Below the pieces are notes generated by a model, which made no database searches, was not told the DNA's origin, and was given only the letters and a program-made list of their open reading frames with translations. This document shows, piece by piece, positions 31,845 to 47,625 of a stretch of DNA of 64,000 nucleotides. The stretch lies in NCBI RefSeq assembly GCF_009914755.1, contig NC_060928.1. One strand, given 5' to 3'. Each line of letters begins with the position of its first letter. The first letter of the stretch is position 1. The position numbers and the translations under genes are program-made. The DNA is from the human T2T-CHM13v2.0 reference genome, Homo sapiens.

Positions 31845-32140
31845 GGAACTGTTTTACATCAGAGGATACAGTATGGAACAAAATAAGTTTCCCACACTCA
31901 AGAGCTCACATTCTAGTAATAGGAAGAAAAAAAATTAACTGTTTCAAATGGTGTTATATCATATGGAGAAATGCAAAACAGTGCAATGGGCATAGGAAGT
32001 ACCAGACTGAGAGTGGGTTTGATATTTAAACAAAGTCAACAAGGAAATTTTCACTGATAAGTAAACTGCAGAAGGTCTGGAAGAAAGTGAGGGAGGAACC
32101 CACCTGTACTTCTGATGGATAGATGGATATGTATTCAGTA
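31845..32140 (-). mobile_element. L2 fragment (its tail lies at about 31000-31040, left of the L1)
   Basis: ttcattcaacaagtattt at 31000; ctcaagagctcacattctagt; gaaggtctggaagaaagtgaggga. Confidence 0.6.
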
Positions 32141-33559
32141 TCATATTGCCCTTAAAGCAGGGAGTATCACATGCAACTATTTAATTAAGAGAAGCAATAA
32201 CACATTTTGTTCTCCTGCCTACACTGTTATTTAAAGAAGACCTAGTATCAATGACTCAGATTTTGTCACTTATAAGATTTAGAGTTTTGGAGGTGATTTT
32301 AATAATCATTTTAAAAATGGCACAGAGCAAATTATTGTAATGTTCATATAATCTACATTATATAGTAAATGAGGTGACTGACTTTTACCAAGTTACTGCT
32401 GCTGTATGTACGCTTTTTAATCTTATGACATAGAAATATAATAGTACACATTCTGTTTGATAGGAATCCATATTTTTATACTACAGGAAATTGACTTTTT
32501 CTCGTTAACACGACTAGAAATATGCTTCCTATGCCACCACAGCATTGTGATGAAGGACATCTTGCATGACGGGAAGAATGCAGGTATGTAGGTTTCATTT
32601 TAGAGAATATTAGAGCACCTCACATTTTTTGTTGTTTGTTAAAATATATCAGGTAGTTGCAATGTGCAGAATATATTGAGGAAGGCATATTTTTCCATGA
32701 TAAAATCTCAGAACTAAAACTGTACTTAGAATAAGTATATATGCAAAACATATCCGTGTAGTGTTAATAAGAGACATTAGATACTCCAGCACAGGCAGAA
32801 GCTATGTGGGGCCTACAGGGGAGACTAATTCGATCAGAAACAGCTCTATCTTATTATCTTCATCCAAAAAGTTATCTAGAATGGTTAATTTGATATGTGA
32901 TTGCTAAGTTTGAACCCTTTTTCTTTTATTTGTTATCTGGGATTAGCAGTGATTGCTTCTTTTGTTTTCTGTGGTTTTGTTGTTGTTTAGTTTTTTGCTT
33001 ATTGATTGTTTTTTGTTTACTTGGTTTGGACTTGAGAAGGGGCATTCTTGTAGAGAATAAAGTATACTTCCATGACATACTGATTATGTGGTCACTTGAC
33101 CTCTGGGCAATTTTGGCATAGGGCTCTGGTTGTCAGGCAGCAATTCCTAGCACATGCCAACTCTCTGGTTCTTGTTTTCCCTTCCGTTAGGGCTCTCCAG
33201 ATGAGTATCATTGACTGGAAATGCTTCATGAAACTCTGGTTTCATTTTGGGCATAACTGTCTGCAACAAGAGGATCTGGTTAGAATTAGCTCTACAGACT
33301 CAATCACTGCCCATGCCATGGAGTTACCATTACCAAAAGCATTATCCAGATTGGGTATATCATATCGTAAGGACAGGAGGGATAAGAATAGCAAAGATAG
33401 AGATAGGGATATGCAGTAAAACACTTAATATTTGAATTAATAAGGCTAGGACAAGATTGAAATTAACTAAGGTGGCAGAAAAATGATACCACAGAAAAAA
33501 AAATTGAGACAAAAATTGTAAAACACACTGGGGTCATGCCAAGTGCTGAATGCATGCAG

Positions 33560-34900
33560 CAATAACAATAAACAATAACAAGACAGACAATAAACAATCC
33601 AAGGGGAAAAAACATATTAATGCTGCCTGCATTATCTCCTCTAAGACTAATAACTAGGTAATATAAAAAGGAATAACAAAAGCCACCTAGATTAGACTGT
33701 GAAGTCAGGAAAATCCTGAATCATGATGGGATTTAACTGGTGAAGTCAAGGGAATGATTGAATGCAAAAGGCAGAGCATGTTCAAGGGTCCTGAGAAAGA
33801 ACTTGAATTTTGCATGGACTGAGAAGATCAGTGTGGCTGAAGCAGGGAAAATATTGATAGAGAACAGCTAGAAATGAGCACTGAAAATTACATAAAGGAT
33901 GAATCATGTACAAATGATTAGCTAATAATAAAGTTTTAAAATTTTATTTTAAATTTAATAAATAATAGTTTTATAATTTTAAACTGAGACTAATATGACC
34001 TCCTTTACCTTTTAACAAAATCACTCTATCTTCTGGGTGAAGAATGCATTAGATGGAGGTAAGGATGGATATGAAAAGACTGGAGGCTAATAAAAAAAAC
34101 AATGATGTGGACTAGAATGAAAGCAGGAAAATGTATCAACAGTATTTGGAGATGAATTGTGAGTAGAAGATAGGCAATGGAAAGTGAAATTTCCCAAAGT
34201 CTGGCTGACATCATTGAAGTCAATTAATGAAGTGGGTCAACTCTGGAGGAATAGTACATTTGAAAAGAAAGATCAATAATGCCATTTTGAACACCTTAAT
34301 TTTGAGATGTTTGTCACCAAAATCGATATGTTGAGTTGCCATTTGGATAGAGGAGTACAGAGCTCAGAAGAGAAATCGAAAATAGAGATAGTAATTGGGA
34401 AGCTTTCACAAATACATGGGTTTTTTTTAAGACATAAAAATTGATGAGATTGCTTTGAGTGAGGGTGTATAATGAGTAAAAATATTCAAATGTCCAAAGA
34501 TTATTTAAAGATTGGGAAAAGGGAGAAATTACAAGAGAAAAATGAAAAATTGCTAACAATATTTAAGAAGAAATTAAGAGAATTTGATATCATAAGAAGG
34601 AATAGAATAGATTTCACAAAGACAGGTACGGAGAAAATTTTTTCAAATGCTTCTAGAACGTTAAAATAGACATAGAGGATTTAAAAGTTTACATTGGTTT
34701 TAACAGCATGGAATTCACCAATGTAACCAGAGCCCTTTCAGTAGACTGGAGGAGTGAGAGGCTAAATGGCATGAATCAAAGTTAATGGAAGTGAGGAAGC
34801 AAAGGCAAAGAGAATAGACAGAGCTTTAAGGATACTGTAATATGTGGAGTGACTTTGAGAAGATTATGGTTGAAAGGGATGTTTTAAGAAGGAAGGGTAG
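33560..34900 (-). mobile_element. L2 (L2a/b) long degraded fragment
   Basis: cagtgtggctgaagcag; tttgagatgtttg; tggatagaggagtacagagctcagaagagaaatc; tttcagtagactggaggag. Confidence 0.7.
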
Positions 34901-37389
34901 TAAATTTGTTTAAAATGATGATGGAAATAACCCAATAAGGAATATGCAGGTGAAGATCCAGAAGAAAAAAATATATAGCCAATATAGTTTGGTTACAGGA
35001 AGTGAGTTTGGCACTTAATTGGGCCAGACTAAACCTGAAGTATCTTACACAGATTGATTCTTCAGCTTGGGATAAGAAAAAGACGGATAGTGGGATTGAC
35101 ATGGTTTGCATGACAAGAATATAAACAACCTCAGCCATGATTTTACTAGATATCAAAAGATGAACTGCTGCAAAGTTCATCAATTTTCTTAATCCCATCT
35201 GTTTACTAGAAATCTTAAAATCTTTAAAATGTGAACAGGTGGTCATGTGCTTTGTGCAGAAACACCAGATATGGATAATAATTGGGAAATACTATCTGGC
35301 TCTGTAGAAGCCCTAAGGAGAAAAGATACCAGAGAGGAGATGAGTATCACAATGCAGCTCAAATCAAACACTCCAGGGATCAAAAGGAGGTGGGCCGTGA
35401 ATGTGCCCAGGGAACAAGCCCCACATCACCAGTCAGTATTCAGGGTCTGTCTTCTTTTCACCTCACAACCTGGTGGTCTTTCTCTCTTTATTCCAAGCGT
35501 CCATAATGTCTATCATTTTCTGTTCCCATACACTTAAAAAGGTGTACAAAACTAAAGAATACATTATCCATTTTCTCTTATTATTACAAAGGCCTCACCA
35601 AACTTTGAGAGGTAGTAAAGATAACTTACTTCAGGTATTTTGAGAGACTGGTTGTAGAATACTTTTAAAATTAGAGAATTATTTGTTCAGAAATGGTTAG
35701 ATTTGGACAATACCTTTTAAGAAGCAAATGTAATGATATGTTCAAAGATACAGAGATGGACTTCTTTCAAAAGTAATAATAAAACTATAATTAGTGATGA
35801 ATGATCTTGAATTACCTGCTGAGTCAAATCATCAACTGAGGTTCTTAAGAGTGAAAACCTTACAGAATGTTTTTTCCCACGAAATTTCCAGTAGCCTTTG
35901 TTTAGTTTGTGCCTGACTTGGAATTCCAGTACAAAAGTCTTTCTTGTGGTAGCTCAGCTCTGCTTTTTTGGAAGCAGTCAATGCCAGGAAATGAACTGAG
36001 ATGAAGAAATATAGTGAGGCTTTTTGTTTTTGTTTTTGTTTTATGGTTTTATTTCCCCACTGAAAGCTCACACTAAGAAAACGAAGCATGTTCTGTCTCA
36101 GAAGAGAGTTTACAAGTGTTAAATGGGTTCATATACTCAAAATAGTTCTGTATTACTCAATTTGTAAATTAACAAATAAAATATTGTTTGCCCAAGAGCA
36201 GACTCACAAACCCATCAGAATTTGTGGTTGCCAAAACTCTGGAACTTTGCACTAGATTCAACCATGGGAGATTTGTGACCTCTTGAGATTGCTATTTGCA
36301 TACTAATGTTTAGGTATAGGTAATACAGAAGAGTTAACAGAGTTCCTCAGGGTGCCCAACTTAGATAAAAAGGGAAAGAAGGAATACATTCCTTCCCAGC
36401 ATCAGGGGATTCTGAAATGCCTTCTGTTCACTGCAATTTGTGACCTGCTTATTTAAAGTAAGGAGAAATTTGAGTTTACTTTCTGTGGTCTGGAGCCCTC
36501 CCACTTTGTTCTGGGACCCCATCAGCAAGGAACTTATAACCTGAAAGTGTCTATGGCACCCTTTGGACACTCAAGGAGACGAAGTCTGTAAAGTGATGTT
36601 GAAATTTCAGTTGCAAAGCCACTTTGCAAATAAGTCCTGAGTTTATGTCCCCAAGCAACCTGAGAAGAGGTCACAGTGTTGCTTTAGGTGTCGGCTTTTG
36701 GATAAGAGGTATAATTGAGGCCCCTTTTGATTTTGCTTTTTCAAGAAAAATAAGGTCAACTCTTGGTTTTCTAACCACAATCAGCTTCATATTAAATTCC
36801 TTCCTGGACTTTCACCTTCTAACAGTGGAGTGCTCTGAAACAGTTTTAATCATTTTTTATGTTAGAAAATGTTGCACATTTTGAAAATTAATTCTACTAC
36901 AGTCAACATTATGATTTTAGTTCGTTGTAATCTAGGAAACATTCTTCAACGTATATGTCATAACGATATTTTATTTGACTGATTTTGATCTGTAATTATT
37001 ATTTTATGTACCTTTGAATTTTCTAGTTTTGATTGGGAAAAAAAGTAGCATTTTAGCTAACTTGTTACTAATGTATGCATATGTGTGCGCACACACATAC
37101 ACACTTGAAATCTTGTCAAAAGTTCTGTCACTTCCAAATTTAATCTAGGTTCAACAAACTAAACTGCTTAATATAAGTTTGGATAGATACTCTAAGAAAA
37201 CATAGGGAGCAAATTGTGAGTGGTTAAAACAAATCTTTTCAATCATTTTAGTTTCCACTATCTGTATATGCAGATCTTATTCTCATTTAGTAAAGCTTTT
37301 TTCAAAAGGAAGAAATCTAAAAGTTTAGGGACATCAATGTGTATCAAACAATATAGTTATTTTCCTACAGAAAGCGAGAGGGAAGTGGA

Positions 37390-37510
37390 TGATTGCTATG
37401 TGGTCAGGAGACCATGTAGGATTGAGTGTCAGCATATCTGGGTTCATGTTCCTGCTTTACTTCTACATAGAAAGTCAGTTAAGTTTTCTGAACAAAAAAT
37501 TCTTCAACAG
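37390..37510 (+). mobile_element. MIR fragment
   Basis: gagtgtcagcatatctgggttcatgttcctgct...aagtcagttaagttttctgaac. Confidence 0.5.
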
Positions 37511-37599
37511 AAAATGGAAAATTTTGGACCAGAAAACATCTTCCACCTATTCTACTCCTGAACGTTATCTTAATCTTAGCAATTAACAAATATCGATTT

Positions 37600-40758
<3,159 letters not shown>

Positions 40759-40821
40759 TATGATGTTAGCTGGTTATTTTGCTCGTTAGTTGATGCAGTT
40801 TCTTCCTAGCCTCGATGGTCT

Positions 40822-41833
40822 TTACAATTTGGCATGCTTTTGCAGTGGCTGATACCAGTCGTTCCTTTCCATGTTTAGTGCTTCCTTCAGGAGCTCTTGT
40901 AGGGCAGGCCTGGTGGTGACAAAATCTCTCAGCATTTGCTTGTCTGTAAAGGATTTTATTTCTCCTTCACTTATGGAGCTTAGTTTGGCTGGATATGAAA
41001 TTCTGGGTTGAAAATTCTTTTCTTTAAGAATGTTGAATATTGGCCTGCATTCTCTTCTGGCTTGTTGAGTTTCTGCCGAGAGATCAGCTGTTAGTCTGAT
41101 TGGCTTCCCTTTGTGGGTAACCTGACCTTTCTCTCTGGCTGCCCTTAACATTTTTTCATTCCTTTCAACTTTGGTGAGTCTGACAATTGTGTGTCTTGGA
41201 GTTGCTCTTCTCGAGGAGTATCTTTCTGGCATTCTCGGTATTTCCTGAATTTGAATGTTGGCCTGCCTTGCCAGGTTGGGGAAGTTCTCCTGGATAATAT
41301 CCTGCAGAGTGTTTTCCAACTTGGTTCCATTCTCCCCGACACTTTCAGGTACACCAATCAGATGTAGATTTGTTCTTTTCACATAATCTCATATTTCTTG
41401 GAGGCTTTGTTCATTTCTTTTTACTCTTTATTCTCTAAACTTCTTGCTTCATTTCATTCATTTGATCTTCAATCACTGATACCCTTTCTTCCAGTTGATC
41501 AAATCGGCTACTGAAGCTTGTGCATTCGTCACATAGTTCTCGTGCCATGTTTTTCAGTTCCATCAGGTCATTTAAGGACTTCTCTACACTGTTTATTCCA
41601 GTTAGCCATTTGTCTAATCTGTTTTCAAGATTTTTAGCTTCTTTGTGATGGGTTTGAACTTCCTCCTTTAGCTCAGAGAAGTTTGATCGTCTGAAGCCTT
41701 CTTCGCTCAACTCGTCAAAGTCATTCTCCATCCAGCTTTGTTCCATTGCTGGCAAGGAGCTGCGTTCCTTTGGAGGGGGAGAGGTGCTCTGATTTGTAGA
41801 ATTTTAAGCTTTTCTGTTCTGTTTTTTCCCCAT
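40822..41833 (-). pseudogene. ORF1: L1 ORF1p, disrupted
   Basis: ATG of atggggaaaaaacag at 41833; pieces 41435-41755 and 40822-41382 translate as ORF1p (..NFQPRISYPAKLS..LQKHAKL*), broken between them. Confidence 0.92.
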
Positions 41834-43966
41834 CTTTGTGCTTTCATCTACCTTTGCTCTTTGATGATGGTGACGTGCAGATGGGGTTTTGGTGTGGATG
41901 TCCTTTCTGTTTGTTAGTTTTCCTTCTAACAGTCAGGACCCTCAGCTGCAGGTCTGTTGGAGTTTGCTGGAGGTCCACTCCAGACCCTGTTTTCCTGGGT
42001 ATCAGCAGCAGAGTCTGCAGAATATTGCTGAACAGCAAATGTTGCTGCCTGATCGTTCCTCTGGAAGCTTCATCTCAAAGGGGTACCTGGCCGTGTGAGA
42101 TGTCAGTCTGCCCCTACTGGGGGGTGCCTCCCAGTTAGGCTACTCAGGGGTCTGGGACCCATTTGAGGAGGCAGTCTGTCTGTTCTTAGATCTCAAACTC
42201 CGTGCTGGGAGAATCACAATTAATTATATTTTCTCATGGTTCATAATTCTGAAATTATGTTTTAAAAGTCCTTTAACTTCCTAGATCACAAAGGTAATCA
42301 TTTTTATTTTTTATGAACTTTATTACCTCTCATAATTATGGTTGTGATCAATTTGGAGTCCACTATACATATGGTGACATATTAACAAACAAATCTTTTC
42401 AATACTTTTAATGTGAAATAGTTTATCATGTTTAGTTTAAATACATGACCAAGCTATTTTGATACTACTGCTTCAGAGGGTAAATCCTATTCTTTTTCTT
42501 GTCTTTTATAGTATTTCTATAAGGACTTCTCATGTGGCAATGTAAAATAATATTTTCTCTCTGAAATCATCTTTTCCTAGGGCTAAGTACTTGCTTTAGG
42601 AAGTGTCATGGAGCAGAGGAGAAAGGCCCTAATAGGTGCAGGGCACAATGAGTTTAAAGAGCAGAGAGATGATGACCCATGGGCAAAAATCCTTGCTTCC
42701 CCTAAGCACCATAGGTTACATGCCTTTGCTGCCACTAGTAGCCACAAAAACCCAGAAATGGTCAGGTTTTAACTTCCCACCCTCAGGGAGAAACAACACG
42801 GTATTTTGAATAGGAGTAAAGGAAACACATATGGCTTATCATGTTGCCTGTTTTTATCAACTGTCCCCAACAAGGTCTGATTCCCTGATATTATCATGAT
42901 TACACTGGCCTGAAAGCCTGGCAATGGCTCCTGATTTCTTCACATAAGAGACAGCTGATAACTATCCCAGGTCAACCTAGGAGCTAGGCAGGAGCAGAAC
43001 ATAGAAGGCTTTCCTTCTACTTCTTCTGCTTATTCTCTTCCTGCTGCCTCCAAATTACCCAGTCCCAGTCTGCAGTCATCAGCCTCTGAAAATTATCAGT
43101 TTAAGACAGCCCTTAGTCTTCCCAGGTGTTTCTCTTGAGATATTAGTTTCTGGAATCTATGGTTCTCTTTTTTTCCCATAACGTATCCAAAGCTAAATTT
43201 AATGTGAAGGAGACACAGCCAGTGATAGTTTACTATCTAGAATGAAGAGTGCCTTTCAAGCACTTCCCAGTGGAAAGCACTTTCTGTTTATCTAAATATT
43301 AATCCACAAAGTGACTAAACAATCTTATGTAAGAATAATTTAAGCATGCTTTCCCAATTTCAAACAAAGTTGGCCCATGATCAAGGTAATATAACCAAAT
43401 ATCTGACCAAATTTTCTATTACATATGTGATTTCCTGTCTGATGAACTTTGTATAGAAGACAGAGTGCTGAGAATAAATTTCAGCCAAAGTTCTGAATTT
43501 CTCACTTTTATGGTGTTATAATAAGGCCCTTATAAAAGTAATCTTTTTTAAGTAAAATTCATAGTTCCATAAAATAGCATCAGTATTTAAATTTTAGAAG
43601 TGCCGTAAAAAGAAAAATGTTTGAAAAAGTATTATTGAAGGTGTAAATCGAAAACAGATTGTATATGCTGTCTGAGTTCCTGCAGTAGAGTTTGACCTCA
43701 TATTTTACTTCATTTTAATGATATTCCAAGAAAAAGGGCAGTATTGAATAATATAAAAGAGAAAGAGGTAACATCATATGACAAAAAAATTCACACAATG
43801 TACATTTATTGTTACATTAAACTGTGTATCAATTAATTAAAGGTAGATTTGGCTGTGTATAGAAGAAAAAATTTAACATTGCTTAAATGAGATAGAAGTT
43901 AGAAAAAAATAACATCATATTACCAAAGAATCCACACAATATATATTTTTATTCATTTAAACTCTT

Positions 43967-44451
43967 TGTTAGTTTGAGGTAGGTTTGGCTGCATATAGAA
44001 GAAAAAAATAACAATGGCTTAAATGAAATAAAAATTTATTTCTCTCTTATGTAAAAGAAATTTGGAGGTGAGCAGTGCAGAGATGTACTAAATTACAAGA
44101 TTCCAAGCTCAAATCTGTCTTCCCTTTCTCAAATGAACACATGGTCTTGATTTCTTACTGTTTCTTCAACCAGCACATCTCAAGAAAGCCAAAACAAAGG
44201 AAGGATTCAAAAAGTTACCTTTCCCCACTGAGTTAGATCCCTTTATGCAATTTCCTGAGAAATCTGATAAAAGATTTCCACTTCCACCTCAGTGGCCAGA
44301 ACTTCATCACAAGATTGTAACTAGCTGCAAGGGAGGCAGAGAAGAAAAATTTTTTTATTCTGTGTGGGTAAAGCTAAACACCAAGTTTCTAGTACAAAAA
44401 TACAACGGAGAGAATTAATTCCTGTGTAAGAAACTAGTTATCTCTGCCACA
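43967..44451 (-). mobile_element. Old MaLR LTR (MLT1J-like)
   Basis: aacaatggcttaaatgaaataaaaatttatttctctcttatgtaaaagaaatttggaggt; cagtggccagaactt..tcaca; ctagctgcaagggaggc; ends tctctgccaca. Confidence 0.75.
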
Positions 44452-45879
44452 AGCAGTAACAGAAATGGTTCAATTCTTAAAACTTAAAAAAATAAAAACA
44501 AGGAGTGTGAGGTATATGTATACTCAAGTGCCCCTTCTGCGATTTTAGCCAAACTAAGTGATCATCACAGAGGCCATGAGGCTCTGATCACAGATGCTTC
44601 AAAGACAATTCTATAGCTGATAAATGGCTGTGTACAAATTTAAAACACAGCCATTTGCAATGACCACTCAATTGGTTTATTTATCCAAATGACCACCCTC
44701 AATGACACAAAGGTCATATCTTCCTAGACCCCACACTGAAATCTGTAGAAAGCTAGCAAATAGATTTCAAAATTGAAGAGTAGGATATATTACTAGGATT
44801 TTTATTTTATAATAAGAGGAGGCTTTTTAAAGGTGAAAACCCAATAATATCCTAAAAACAGTCATGTAAGCTTTGAAAGGCAAAGGAGAAATTTGTGATC
44901 TATTCTCTAGCTCTGTTAGGAAAAATCTAAACTGCCTGTTTGTGACAATATTAATCCAACTTAAGTACCTCCCATAATCACAATTTCTACCATGAGAAAG
45001 AGAATTGATGATAAGGGTAAACACAGTCTTGGTGACTAGCATTCTAAAATGAAGAGTAGGATAGATAATTAAAGATCAACTCAGACCAGTAAAAGATCAA
45101 ATTGCATATAATCTGTTTTCATAGCTAAAAATGTTTGGTTAAAATAAAATAAATTAGTTTTCAGTTCCATTAAATGAAATCACTAATACATTAATGAGAG
45201 AGCAATTAACACTAACACTTTAAAATGTAAGAATATTTTATAATGGTGGAAATCTTTTATGTTTCTTCTTATTTATTGGAATAAATTTGTCTATCTTATT
45301 CTGTCTAGTGTTTCCTTTCATCATAAACAAAATTAGGTAGAATTTGAATTATATAGAGAAAAGAAAGCCTAATTTCAAAACAATCTATTTATATGAGTGA
45401 ATTTAATACCTTTACTTGATCTTAGTTTTATGTTTTCATCCTTGGTTTTTATATTTTTCTTAACCCATTCCATGTAGGCTTTATTTTTTAGCATAGACAT
45501 AGCTAAATTATTTTATATTCAACCTTAGAGTATTAAAATGAAAAAAAAATCATCAGATTTATTCGATTTGTTGTTCTCTTGAAAACAATAACCACTGGTT
45601 AACCCAGGTAAAACTAAGACTTAATCACCATTGTTAATAACTTAAAAATATTGACCAAAAACACATTACATCTATGATGCAACACGTATGAAATCTGCAC
45701 ATACTTATATAATTTATATTATCATTTACTATGAGGTTAAATATTGTCATCAAATTTTAGTTCAAAATAATAAATTTATTTGAATAAAAAATAATGTATA
45801 TGCTCTTATAGTAACTGGGTTTACTTCAGAATCAAAAGGCTTAACTTTTATGTCTATATATGTAAATTTGTGTATATAT

Positions 45880-46030
45880 TTTAATCTTTTTAAGCCTCTT
45901 TGACTTCATTTTTAATGCTAGGAATAACAATATCTGCTATAATTACCTTATAGCATTTTTAAAATGAAATGAGCTAATATATTAAAAATAAATTGCTTTG
46001 TAGAATTCAGAAGACCATATAAATTTCAGC
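45880..46030 (+). mobile_element. MIR core fragment
   Basis: ttcatttttaatgctaggaataacaatatct...aaaatgaaatgagctaatatat. Confidence 0.5.
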
Positions 46031-46904
46031 TAATGTTGTTCATCATGTTACTATTGTTATAGCCATTATTATTGGTCAGATTTTATTGATTATTTTTATT
46101 ATAGCTATTACTTGTCTTATAATTAAAATATTATAGAAGGACACATGTTAACCTTCAAATTCTTTTGAATGTAGTTATTCTAATAGATATAAGGGAAAGA
46201 AGTATACCTAAAGAATTGCCCATTATGCACAAGTGGATTAAAAAGTAGAAGATGGATGAACAGAAAGTGGCAGAGTCTGATATTTTATTCAGTATTCAGT
46301 ACATCCATCTAATTGTTTATTAATTTACTCTTCATACCCAGGAATTGTAGTCTTACTATAAATTTTAAAGTAAAGATATTTTGTAGTGATTAATATACAT
46401 ATTCCCATATATTGCTTTGTTTCACTACATTTTAATGAATGCTGTGTTAGAATGGGCTAAAAGTCCACTGGTGTTAAAATTTATGTCATCTTGGATAATA
46501 AATATGCAAATTCAGCAGTAAAACTGTTTATGACATTATAAAGAAAAATTTGTGTATATTTTGTACAGGTTTCCATAAAGTTCTGTGCTATGTTATTTTT
46601 CACTCTCTCTATGTCTTTCTGCTAGCTAGCTAGCTAGATAGATTCATTGATCTACCTAACACATTATATTTCATAAATAAAATAAAATCCTTATGTTTAA
46701 CATCTTGTGAATGAAAACCTCTATTTATGTGAGGCCAATACAAATACGTTTCAATGTGAGAAAAAAAAATCACTGTTCCCTTTGTCATTGGTTTTGATTA
46801 CTGGAAATTTATTCTTAAGACAAAGCTAAGTTTCCCTTATTTAATAAATTCATTATAATATCAGTATTTAAGAAGGGAAGACATATCTATTAAAAACTAA
46901 GTAT

Positions 46905-47625
<721 letters not shown>

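Noticed and set aside
32897-33435. Cluster of overlapping short ORFs
   Set aside because: Low-complexity T-rich translation with no recognisable domain or exon structure
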